Origin: Longimicrobiales bacterium
GTDB lineage: Bacteria; Gemmatimonadota; Gemmatimonadetes; Longimicrobiales; Gaopeijiaceae
DNA: 64,000 nucleotides
Direction: 5' to 3'
NCBI GenBank assembly: GCA_965248195.1
Contig: CBDFIQ010000002.1
Span: 3,168,001-3,232,000 of the forward strand
The translations under genes were made by a program, and so were the position numbers. How positions within the stretch are numbered: position 1 is the stretch's first letter; the number at the start of each line of letters is the position of its first letter. Below the pieces are notes generated by a model, which was not told the DNA's origin, made no database searches, and saw only the letters and a list, made by a program, of their open reading frames with translations. Positions 48,522-58,081 of this stretch are shown here, one piece after another.

Positions 48522-51172
48522 CTCGCACCGCTTCTGAGATCGAGAAGTAGCTCCAGGCCCGCCTCGAAGTTCGGTGCGATCTCGAGGGCCCTGAGAACGG
48601 ATCGGCGGGCTTGCGCCGGCTCGCCGGCGGTCAGGTAGGCGAGGGCGAGCTCGTAGTACGCTCCGGCCAGATCGGCTGGCGCCAGCGCTACGATGGCCCT
48701 CCGCTCCCGAACGGCACCAGCTGCATCCCCACGCGCCTCGTGAGCCTGCGCCAGACGGTCGTGGAGTTCGATCTCGTAGGGGTAGATGAGCACGGCGGCG
48801 TCCATGGATTGGGCGGCACCTGTGGTATCTCCCAACTCGGTCTGGAGCTCGGCGAGTTGGAGGAGCGCCTCGTAATGGCTCTCGTTCAGGGTCGTGAGGC
48901 GCGCGAGCGCCGCTGCGGCCCGTTCCGTCTCTGCTCGTTGCCGATGAATCTGGGCGAGAAACCAGTAGGGACTGTCCATCCCTCCGTACCCGGGGAAGAG
49001 ACGGAGCGCCGCGCGGAGATGCTCCTCGGCCTCCTCCAATCGTTCTTCCCCATACAGCATGATCCCGAGAGCCAGGCGTGCCGGAAAGTTGTCCGGGTTC
49101 TCGCGCACTACCCTGGTCCAATCTTCGATCGTCCGTGGATTCCGCGGGATGCCTGGGCTGCTGACGGGCGGCTGCAAGGCTTTCAGCGGAGCGTCGAACC
49201 GTTGCCTGAAGTACGCGTCGAAATCCCGGTCGAGGTCGTCCATGCTGATTCGCAGGAGGCTCTCCATCAGTTCGGGCGTCGCCCGTCCCTCCCGATAACC
49301 GTGGAGCATGTCCCGAATGACCTGAAGTCCCCATCGCGATTCGATGAAGTCGAACACCAGCGACGCCTGTAGATAGGAGTCGAGGACCTGCTCGGCGTAG
49401 GTGGGTTGGACGAACCCCGCGTTGAGCTTGCTCACGGGCAGCAGCAGGCCCTCACGGTATCGGTTGAGAAATCCGGGGGCGGCCTGGTGGCCCCAACCCT
49501 CACGGGCCTGACGCTGTTCGTGTACCGCCAAGCCCTCGGAGAACCAGCGCGGGACCGCGTGCTCGGTGATACCGAGGTGGAAGACGTGGGCGAGTTCGTG
49601 CCAGAGGACGGACGCCCAGTTGAACTCTCCGAGGGGACGAGCGGCGGGCGAGTCCATGGCGAGAAGACTTCCGAAGGTGACGCCGAGAGCGCCCATGCCC
49701 GCTAGTCCTACGGTTCGGACCGAAAAGTCGGCGTGGCTCGGATAGACCTCGATTCGGATGGGCAGCGGTGGCTCGTATCCGCCGTAACGCTCCACCAGGG
49801 CCTCGTACGCCTCCTCCGCGATCGCTTCGATATACGGTTGCAGTAGCGCCGATTCCCGTCCGTGCAAAACGAAGAGGAAGCGGGGGTCTTCTTCATTGGT
49901 GTCGTAGTTCTCAAACGTGTCCAGCAGGTCCAGGGTATTGTAGAACCACACGCTGTAAGGATCTCCCTCGAAGGCCGTCTCCAGGCTGGCCCGGCCTTCT
50001 TCGATCAGGCCGAGCCGCAGCTGGTTCATGCCGAGGATCCCGTAGGCTCTCCAGGACAAGGAGTCCAACGTGATGGCCTCCTCCGCCAGGCGGGCAGCCT
50101 CGACGTATTTGCGGCTCTGGACGCTCAGATCCGCAACGTCGTTGTATAGTTCCGAGTAGGTGGGGCTGAGCGCGGTGACCTGGTCACGGATCCTGCGGTA
50201 TTCATCGTTCTCACCACGGAGGTAGTGACTGGCAGCGAGAACGCTCAGCGCTTCCAGCGAGACGGGGTTCACCTCCAGCGCTCTCTCGAGCTCCGCGCGA
50301 GCATCATCGTGGTTCTCCACTTCGAGGTGGAGCCGTGCCTTGAAGACTCGCGCCGCGGTGAGGTTTTCGTTCTGCTCCAAGGCCGCCTCCACCTGATCCA
50401 TCACCCCGACCGTACCGTTGAACTTCATGGCACGGGCCAGACCCAAGAGTGCCCGTGGGTGGTTTGGATTCCTCTCGAGAACGCCCCTCAACGCCGCGTC
50501 GGCTTCCGGTCCGTTGTACTTGTCGAGAAACAACTCCCCGATCAGAACCCGCGGCTCCAGGTTACCCGGATCGGCAGCTACCGCCTCATCGTAGGCTCTG
50601 AGCGCGTCCTGGAAGAGCTCGTGTTCACGAATGCCCAAGTACTGAACCGCTGTTGCCACTGCGGTGAGGTCGGCCGAGGAGAGGGGCGTGGACCCGTTGT
50701 AGAGATCGATGAAGGAGTCGAACGCCGCGAATGCGGCGTCCCGATCGCCGTACCTCCATTCGATGACGGCGAGGTTCAGGCGCGCGGAATTCCGATCCAC
50801 CGCCCCGCCCTGGACGGATCGAACGAATTGCTCGCGGGCTCGGTCGATCTGCCCCAACTCGTAGAGGATTTCGCCGGCCGTGTTGGCGAGTTCGGTACCC
50901 ATGGCCGGGGGGGCCTCACGCACGGCTTCGAGCGCATCCTCGTATCGGCCGACCTCGGCCAGGGCGGAGAGATACGCCACATAGGCTCTCCGTCGATCGC
51001 CCCGGCTTAGATTCGGCCCTGGGTCTGATCGGGAGATCGCTCCGAGCGCCTCGATGGCCGACTCATAGGCCCCCGCACGAAGTTCGGAGATGGCCTGGTC
51101 CAGCGTCTGAGCTGCTCCACCGGTGGACAGGCTGAGAGCGGCGAACGCGAATAGGAGAAACCCCCGCTTCAT
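48518..51172 (-). CDS. Exported TPR protein with gluzincin/peptidase MA-like domain
   Basis: Signal peptide, multiple TPRs and WHELAHVFH...PRWFSEGLA. Confidence 0.8.
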   Translation of the reverse strand: MKRGFLLFAFAALSLSTGGAAQTLDQAISELRAGAYESAIEALGAISRSDPGPNLSRGDRRRAYVAYLSALAEVGRYEDALEAVREAPPAMGTELANTAGEILYELGQIDRAREQFVRSVQGGAVDRNSARLNLAVIEWRYGDRDAAFAAFDSFIDLYNGSTPLSSADLTAVATAVQYLGIREHELFQDALRAYDEAVAADPGNLEPRVLIGELFLDKYNGPEADAALRGVLERNPNHPRALLGLARAMKFNGTVGVMDQVEAALEQNENLTAARVFKARLHLEVENHDDARAELERALEVNPVSLEALSVLAASHYLRGENDEYRRIRDQVTALSPTYSELYNDVADLSVQSRKYVEAARLAEEAITLDSLSWRAYGILGMNQLRLGLIEEGRASLETAFEGDPYSVWFYNTLDLLDTFENYDTNEEDPRFLFVLHGRESALLQPYIEAIAEEAYEALVERYGGYEPPLPIRIEVYPSHADFSVRTVGLAGMGALGVTFGSLLAMDSPAARPLGEFNWASVLWHELAHVFHLGITEHAVPRWFSEGLAVHEQRQAREGWGHQAAPGFLNRYREGLLLPVSKLNAGFVQPTYAEQVLDSYLQASLVFDFIESRWGLQVIRDMLHGYREGRATPELMESLLRISMDDLDRDFDAYFRQRFDAPLKALQPPVSSPGIPRNPRTIEDWTRVVRENPDNFPARLALGIMLYGEERLEEAEEHLRAALRLFPGYGGMDSPYWFLAQIHRQRAETERAAAALARLTTLNESHYEALLQLAELQTELGDTTGAAQSMDAAVLIYPYEIELHDRLAQAHEARGDAAGAVRERRAIVALAPADLAGAYYELALAYLTAGEPAQARRSVLRALEIAPNFEAGLELLLDLRSGAR

Positions 51173-52170
51173 TCTCTCCCGCTCGACCGAGCCTGAATCT
51201 CCCTGTTGAGGAGAGCCAGCTCGACGAGCACCTCTTCCAAGTCGTTATCGTAGCGGTCCTGATCGATCTGGCCACTCAGGGCGCGGAGTTCCTCGAGGCG
51301 CTGCTCCAGCTCCGCTCTCTGCTCGAGGAGTGCTTTCAGCTCCGGATCGTCGGTGGCGCGCGCCGCGGCCAGGGTCGGGTCGGCTGCCAGGAACATCGTT
51401 CGTGCGAGTGAGCCATCCGCGGCGTCCACCAACTCGGTGCTGCCCTCTCCGTCGCCGTTGTCGTCGAGCACCGGGTGTTCGGTGGCGATCCGGTTCGACA
51501 TCGCATACTCCCGTGTGACCTCGATGCGCGCGAACTCGAAGGCCTCCCAAAGCGACACGCGCCCATTCCTGTCGAGATCGGCGGTCTCTCCACTGAACGC
51601 TTCGATGAAGTAGCCTCCGAAGACAGTTTCGTTTCTCTCCCTCCCGGTTCTTGTGGCCGTGACGATGGCGCGCCCCGCTCCCGAGAGTGCCTTCACGAAT
51701 TCTCCACTCGAACTGGCGAGGTTTGCGAACGCCACTCGGCGCTCCGAGAGCTGATCGAGGAGCAGTCCGAAATCTTCTGCGGTCAAGTCGGGCCCCGGGA
51801 GGTTGAAGCGGGACTCTTCGTTGGTGTAGCTGCCGTGCCCAATGAGCACGACGAAGATGTAATCGCCGGGCTGGGAGTTGGAGGCGAGCGTCGTGAAAGC
51901 CCGGTCTATGTTCTCGCGGGTCGAGCGGCCCTGGATTCGCGGATCAGAGGCCGGGTCCTCACTCAAGTAGATGATGTTCTCGGCCGGGATGGTGAACTTC
52001 CCCCCAGCCGCGGTGACGAGAGTGCCGCCCCACTCGGCGAATCTTTCACGGAACTCCGGGTCGCCCCCTAATCCCGTGATGACGAGGACGTGCGTGTCCT
52101 GACCAAGTACCGGTTGGACCACAGCCGTCACGATGAGCATGACGACGACGACGGTGGCGCGGGAGATCAT
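51169..52170 (-). CDS. Exported hypothetical protein (possible caspase/C13-like fold)
   Basis: ATGA-coupled start at 52170. Motifs LVITGLGGD, VLIGHGS, DLDRNGRVS and LDDNGDG. Confidence 0.6.
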   Translation of the reverse strand: MISRATVVVVMLIVTAVVQPVLGQDTHVLVITGLGGDPEFRERFAEWGGTLVTAAGGKFTIPAENIIYLSEDPASDPRIQGRSTRENIDRAFTTLASNSQPGDYIFVVLIGHGSYTNEESRFNLPGPDLTAEDFGLLLDQLSERRVAFANLASSSGEFVKALSGAGRAIVTATRTGRERNETVFGGYFIEAFSGETADLDRNGRVSLWEAFEFARIEVTREYAMSNRIATEHPVLDDNGDGEGSTELVDAADGSLARTMFLAADPTLAAARATDDPELKALLEQRAELEQRLEELRALSGQIDQDRYDNDLEEVLVELALLNREIQARSSGRE

Positions 52171-54457
52171 ACGAGTCCCCTCTTCCGCCGGTACCCCCAC
52201 TCGCCCGCCATCAGGCCCAGCACCAGAAGCAGCAGGATGGGCATGTCCCAGAGGTCCCGCTCCTCGGTGAGTGTGACGCCGGCGCCGGTCAGACTGATGT
52301 CCTCCGGAAGGCTCGCCACGTTCTCCGGCGTGTAAAACAGCCCGCCCGTCTGGTCCGCGACGCGGCGCAACGTAGTCCCCCGCATACTCGCGTCGAAGTA
52401 TTCGTCATCCGAGGGCGCCACGTTCACGTAGGTGGTGGCGGTTCCGATCGTGTCTCCGGCACGCGTGGCTTGAACCGAGACCTCGTAAAGCCCCGGTCCA
52501 GAGGTGGGAAACCCACCATCGTAGTGCCCGTCTTGTTCAACATCCCAGTCGAGGGGGACCGTGATGGAATCGCCTGACGGATCCCGTACCACGGCAACGA
52601 CGTTTGCGTTGTTTACCTCCACGTACGCTGAATCTCCGACCTCGACCGCGAGCCTAACGGGTTGCCCCGGCTCGACGACCTCTTGCTCGCCTTGGGCCCC
52701 GACCTGGGCGGGCACACCGTCTGCGAGCCAGCGGAGAAGCTGCCGCCAGAAGGTCTCGTGGGTCTGGTCTTCGAGCGAGATGTCGGCGTGCATCTGCCAG
52801 ATCCACGAGTCCTGGATGGGCAGCACGATCACCTTGCCACGGCCATAACGATGGTAGGCGAGGACGACCTGACGATCACGGTCCCCCTCCGGACCCCCGG
52901 TCAGGAGTCCAGTCGCACCCGGCTTGAGACGTGTGACGGGATTCAGGGTCGTGACGGGCGGGAGGGACTCCCAACGTTCACGGACGGAGTCGCTGTTATC
53001 CTCTCCGAGTTGTGTGATGGGGTGGGTGAGACCCGTTCTCGTGGGCGTGATGAAGAGTTCGCCGAAGTAGGGCCCGGCTCCGGTGCTCAGATCGTCGTCC
53101 ATAAAGACGGGCAGTGCCTCCGCCAAGCGTGTGCCCTGGTAGCTTCCCTCCGCAAACGCGTTCCGGCCGCCGAGGACCAGGAGACCACCACCTCGCTGGG
53201 ACACGAAGTCCGCGATCATGTCGAGTTGATCGTGCGTGAAGAAGCTCGCCTCCACACTCCCGAGGATGAGCGCCCGGTAGCGAAACAGCTCTTCCCGTGT
53301 CTTCGGGAACCCGGCCGCGAGTTCCTCGGCGTCGTCCACGTCGAGGCGGAGGAATTTGCTCTCGGCCGTGCGTTGAAGAACCACGACCTGGAGGTTGTCG
53401 TCTTCGGACACCGCGCGGCGCAGGAACTTCACCTCCCAGCGAGGCTCTCCCTCGAAATAGAGGATCTTTTCGGCCTGGTTCACGACGTCCACGAGAACGT
53501 CCGAACGTTGTTCTCCGTTACCCGCTCCCCCTCCTGAGCCGAAACTCTGAATCGAAGCAGACGGGGCCCCGCGTCCTCGGCCTCGATCCGGACCCTGGTG
53601 ACCACGGGTTCGCCATCGCGCTCGAAGGTCACGTCCTCCGAAGCCAGAAGCTGACCCGTGTCCTCCACCATGAGCTGGACCGTCCGCCCCGAGAAGCCGC
53701 GGTGGGACACGATGACGTCGACCACCAACGACGTCCCCACAAGGACCGTCCTCGGCATTTCTACACGGCTGATTTGAACGTCCGGCGACAGTTCCTCCTC
53801 ACCGAGGCCCACCGTATAGACGGGAACATTCGAGGCCTGGAGCGGCAGGAGCGACTCGGCCAGGGCCCCGCCGGAATTGTCGGCCCCGTCCGAAATGACC
53901 ACCAAACCTGAGATCGGCACGCCGGCCAGTTCCTCTTGAGCCCGGACCAGAGCGTTGCCAAGGTCCGTCGCCGTGCCCGCGTAGGATAGATCGCCCATGT
54001 CGTTGAGACGGCTCGCGTCGCGGCTGAAGCGGAAGAAGCGGAGCGTGAACTTTTCGGACAGGGCGGACAAAAGCTCGCTGCCCTCACTGCCGAAGGTCGA
54101 GCGGACGAAGTCACTCCTGGCCACGCCGTCTTCGTCGGTGATGCGCATACTCTGCGAATCGTCGATCAGAATCCCGACGAAATTTCGCTGTGGAACGACC
54201 GAAGTGAGCACGAGCGTGGGCTGGAAGAGTATGAAGACGAGGATCGCGACCAAGCCGAGCCGTAACACCGCCATCACCCACCGGTCTATTCGGCGGCTGT
54301 CTCCCCTGGCGGCTCTATACGTGAGGAGTGCCGGAATGGAAACCGCCGCCACTCCGCCCAGAATGAACAAGGCCGGCCAAGGTGACGCGAAAGTGAAATC
54401 GCCCTCCTGGAAAAGGAGCGGCCTGTACTTAAAAAGGAACTCGAAGATCGTCTCCAT
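52167..54457 (-). pseudogene. vWA + glutamine-amidotransferase-like membrane protein, split by a 1-bp frameshift at ~53501
   Basis: ORFs 53480-54457 (DDSQSM, ISDG) and 52167-53492 join as ...ENNVR/DVLVDVVNQ... if one G is added. Confidence 0.75.
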
Positions 54458-54476
54458 CAGCGTGCGTCTCCGGCCA

Positions 54477-55370
54477 TCAGTGACTCATCGCGTAGACGAT
54501 AAAGTTAACGCCCATCTCGTAGGCGTACGTCGAATACTTGAGCGGGTATCGGGGGTTGTCCGCCCATTCCCAAGCATCTCCAAGGTCGGTGTTCCAGTTG
54601 ATGATGACCATGAGGCGGCCGTTTTCGTCGTGGATCCCCCTGACCATGGGAACGTATCCGTCGCGCTCATGAGTCGGACCCCCGTAGACCCCTTGGTTGA
54701 CATTCGGCACCTGGATGATCTCTTCGATCTCGTAAAAGGTCGTGAAAATCGGATGGTCGATCGACAGGTCGACGATTTCGTATTCGGGCAGAACCTGTCG
54801 GATCTCGTACTCGAAGTTTTCCCACTCCCGGGTGCCCCAGAAGTCGTCGATGACCAGGAACCCGCCTGCGAGCAAGTAGCTGCGAAGGCCCTCGACCTCC
54901 TCGGGGTTGAGCGACATCCTTCCGACCTCGAGCGCATACAAAAAAGGATAACGGCGTAGTTCGGGCTCCTGGAGCAGGACCACGAATTCCTTTTCGAAGG
55001 CGTCGAGGTTGGGGAGGAGTCGATCAATGAACGAGAGGAAGATCTGGTCGGCCTTCGGGTAGTCCGTCGCCCAGGAACCGCCTCGGCCATAGAACCCACG
55101 GTACCCACGATAGGCGACACGGGAGAAGTAAAACTCACGCGGGATGCTGTCGGTTTGAAATTGAAGGGCGCTGGCTCGGCTCCCTCCCCGGACCGTTGGG
55201 TCGTCCGAGATACCCCCCGAGCTCAAGAAGCGGGGCTGCTCACCGGAGAGCGGGGTGGAGCCTTCGGCGTTCGTGACGTCGGACGTGGTGGTGGCGTCCG
55301 GCACCGCCGGTGGAGAGCCGAGTAGAACGATCAGTGTCACGGCACTCACACCTGACCACAATGCCCGCAC
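54477..55370 (-). CDS. DUF4159-domain protein
   Basis: WATDYPKAD, YLLAGGFLVIDDFWG and MGVNFIVYAMSH. Paralog of 47697-48521. Confidence 0.8.
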   Translation of the reverse strand: MRALWSGVSAVTLIVLLGSPPAVPDATTTSDVTNAEGSTPLSGEQPRFLSSGGISDDPTVRGGSRASALQFQTDSIPREFYFSRVAYRGYRGFYGRGGSWATDYPKADQIFLSFIDRLLPNLDAFEKEFVVLLQEPELRRYPFLYALEVGRMSLNPEEVEGLRSYLLAGGFLVIDDFWGTREWENFEYEIRQVLPEYEIVDLSIDHPIFTTFYEIEEIIQVPNVNQGVYGGPTHERDGYVPMVRGIHDENGRLMVIINWNTDLGDAWEWADNPRYPLKYSTYAYEMGVNFIVYAMSH

Positions 55371-55562
55371 GATACGCTCCAGTCTCTCGTCGGTGATACT
55401 TCCTTCCAGCGTACCGGGCCGAACGGGTAGCCGCGATCCCTGACCAGGCCGGCCATATCGGTACGTTTCTGTGACGGCAAAGGTTCCTCACGCCCGGCGC
55501 GGGAATCGCGGCCACAGTCCCCGTGAAGCAAAAGACCTAATAGCTTCGTAGGGTATACCGCA

Positions 55563-55988
55563 ATGACGGAGCGATATGCGCTCATGCAACGAGGTAAGGT
55601 TATGGATCCCATGACAAAAGTTTCGGTGCGCGATTTCGCCATCTTCCAGCTCAAGTTGCTGATCGATGGGTTTAAGGACGGTGCCGTCTTCGCCATGTCG
55701 TTCGTGGCGTTCGGGGTGGACCTCATCTTCAGACGGCACGGACGGCGGCGCTGGTTCTACAGGATGATGAGGGTCAGTGAGAAGTTCGACCTTTGGCTCA
55801 ATCTCCACGGTGCGACGCAGGAGGCCGAAAGCGATGCGGACGGCCTCTTCGGCCAGAGTGAGGCGGGAAGCGACACAATGCTGGGTCAGATCGAGCAGAT
55901 CGTTCGAGGGGGTGATGAACCGCCTCTCCGGACGGGTAAGACGCCTCCGCAGGCCCAAAGTGGATCGTCGCCGATCCGTTTGATGTGA
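55563..55988 (+). CDS. Hypothetical protein
   Basis: Fills the intergenic space with plausible composition (FQLKLLIDGFKD, EKFDLWLNL). The true start may be 55602. Confidence 0.6.
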   Translation: MTERYALMQRGKVMDPMTKVSVRDFAIFQLKLLIDGFKDGAVFAMSFVAFGVDLIFRRHGRRRWFYRMMRVSEKFDLWLNLHGATQEAESDADGLFGQSEAGSDTMLGQIEQIVRGGDEPPLRTGKTPPQAQSGSSPIRLM

Positions 55989-56065
55989 TCGCCTTGCACT
56001 TCTGTACGGGTCCTGGGTAGAGCATGATGCGCCCTGGCTGGGCTGGCTCGAGCACACTATTCCCG

Positions 56066-56100
56066 GAAGGGTGATCGACCTCCCTTTCCGATCACCCTTC
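56066..56100. terminator. 12-bp perfect stem-loop, possible terminator
   Basis: gaagggtgatcg-11 nt-cgatcacccttc, with no U-tract. Confidence 0.4.
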
Positions 56101-56134
56101 GAGTGTCCGGTGAAGTTCTGACACAGGACACAAG

Positions 56135-57510
56135 GGTCAAGTCCCGATTTGTGTGTAAAAGCGGAGGAAGCTCCTCGCCTTCGGCTAGGCTGCTTGGGCG
56201 ACCTCCTGTTTCTGGAGGAGTGAGAGGTCGAGGTAACGCCGGTCGCCCCAGACGTGTGTGGTCCTGAGTGCGACGGCCGTGATGAGCCTGAGGGCGCTGG
56301 CCCGGTCCGGGAAGGCGCCGGCGGCCTTGATCCTGCGTTTGATCTCGCCGTGCAGCCGCTCGAGGCTGTTGGTGGTACGCAGCCGGGGCCAGTGCGCCTC
56401 GGGGAACGCGTAGAACTGCGTCGCTGCCCCGAAGCCCCGCTCCAGGACCTCCACGGCCTCGGGCAGCTCCTTCTTCCAGCGTGCGCCGAACTCGCCCAGG
56501 AGCTTCTTCGCCTCGGCGAGTCCGGATGTCTGGAAGATCACCGAGACCTCACGCGCCACGCGCTTGCGTAGGCGGTGGGGGACCCTCGCCCCCACATTAC
56601 GCTGCAGATGGACCGTACACCTCTGACGGCGTGCCTCGGGCAGGAAGCGGCGGACCGCAGCTGCCAGGCCTGCGTGCTCATCGGCGATCACGAGCTCGAC
56701 ACCGCCGAGGCCGCGGTCCTGGAGTTGCTCGAGGAGCTCCGACCAGCTCTGCTGCGACTCCTCAGCGCCCAGCGTGACGGCCAGGAGCCGTCGGTGACCC
56801 TCAGGGCCCACTGCATACGCCACGAGCGCACTCACGTTCTCGACTTTGCGGGCCCAGCGGGCGTCCAAGAACGTGGCGTCCAGGTACAGATAGGGGTGAG
56901 GCCCCTCGATCGGCGCACGGCGCAGCCCTTCCACGGCCTCGTCGAGCCGTTTTGCCACACGACTCACCGTCGAGCGCCCAACACGCTCGCCCATCAGCGC
57001 CTCGGTGACGTCGCCCATCTTGCGCTGTGACACGCCGCTCACATACGCCTCGACCATCATCTCGTCGAGCTCGGGGCTCCTGCGCTGGTAGCGGCCGATC
57101 ACGTCGGCCGGCGAACCGTTGTCCCGGCTCCGGGGCATGGCGACCTCGATCTGCCCCAGGCTCGTCAGCAGCCGCCTCAGGTATGTGCCGTTCCTATGGT
57201 CCTTCCGGCTTCCCACCCGCTCGAAGCGGCGTGCACCTACCATGGCCTTCAGCTCCTCTTCCAGCACCATCTCGAGCGTCAGCCGGATCGCGCCTTGAAA
57301 CAGCTCGCGCAAATCATCGCGTAGCTCGTCTTGCGTGGCCCGACCGATCTCCACAATCTCTTGCATCGGAAGCTCCTCTCCGGTTCCGAGCCTGCTCTGC
57401 AGACCCGGACTCCCGGGTTCATGTGACAGTGAACAACAACAGAGGAGCTTCCGTTTTTCTTTCCCTCCTGTCCAGCTTATCCGCTTTTACACAAATCTAG
57501 GGACACTACC
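56135..57510 (-). mobile_element. IS256-family element copy 2 with 8-bp target site duplication GACACAAG
   Basis: Reverse complement of 7501-8876. gacacaag occurs at 56127-56134 and 57511-57518. Confidence 0.97.
56185..57366 (-). CDS. IS256-family transposase
   Basis: Translation identical to 7645-8826. Confidence 0.95.
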   Translation of the reverse strand: MQEIVEIGRATQDELRDDLRELFQGAIRLTLEMVLEEELKAMVGARRFERVGSRKDHRNGTYLRRLLTSLGQIEVAMPRSRDNGSPADVIGRYQRRSPELDEMMVEAYVSGVSQRKMGDVTEALMGERVGRSTVSRVAKRLDEAVEGLRRAPIEGPHPYLYLDATFLDARWARKVENVSALVAYAVGPEGHRRLLAVTLGAEESQQSWSELLEQLQDRGLGGVELVIADEHAGLAAAVRRFLPEARRQRCTVHLQRNVGARVPHRLRKRVAREVSVIFQTSGLAEAKKLLGEFGARWKKELPEAVEVLERGFGAATQFYAFPEAHWPRLRTTNSLERLHGEIKRRIKAAGAFPDRASALRLITAVALRTTHVWGDRRYLDLSLLQKQEVAQAA

Positions 57511-57532
57511 GACACAAGTGTGAGGTCACAGC

Positions 57533-58036
57533 ATGAACGCTGCGGTACAGGGTGCCTTCAATGAACAGATCAAGCACGAGCTGTTTTCTGGCTATCTATA
57601 CCTCTCCATGTCTGCCCACTTCGATCACGAAAATTTTCCGGGGTTCGCCCACTGGATGCGGGTTCAAGCTCAGGAGGAGCTCGCCCACGCCTTGCGCTTG
57701 TTCGACTACGTGCTCCGCAGGGGAGGGCGGGTCGAACTCCACGGCATCGAGGCCCCCACGACCGATTTCGGACCACCACTCTCCCTCTTCGAGAGCGTGC
57801 TGAAACATGAGCGGGCAGTGACCGGCATGATCCACGCGCTGTTCGAGCTCGCTGGAAAGGAGGGCGATTGGGCGGCGCAGCAAGAGCTCCAGTGGTTCAT
57901 CGCCGAACAGGTCGAAGAGGAGAACAGTGCTGCGACTGCTCGGGACCAAGTGCGCATGGCCGGTGACGACCAGGCCGCTCTGCTCATGCTGGATCAGCAG
58001 CTCGGGAGTCGTGACGCGGAGTCTGGAGAAGCCTGA
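57533..58036 (+). CDS. ftnA: Non-heme ferritin
   Basis: NEQIKHELFSGYLYLSMS, QAQEELAHA, HERAVT and WFIAEQVEEE ferroxidase ligands. Confidence 0.9.
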   Translation: MNAAVQGAFNEQIKHELFSGYLYLSMSAHFDHENFPGFAHWMRVQAQEELAHALRLFDYVLRRGGRVELHGIEAPTTDFGPPLSLFESVLKHERAVTGMIHALFELAGKEGDWAAQQELQWFIAEQVEEENSAATARDQVRMAGDDQAALLMLDQQLGSRDAESGEA

Positions 58037-58081
58037 TCCAGCGGTACCCAGGAGCGGCGGTGTGAGCGGAGGAGCCTTCCA

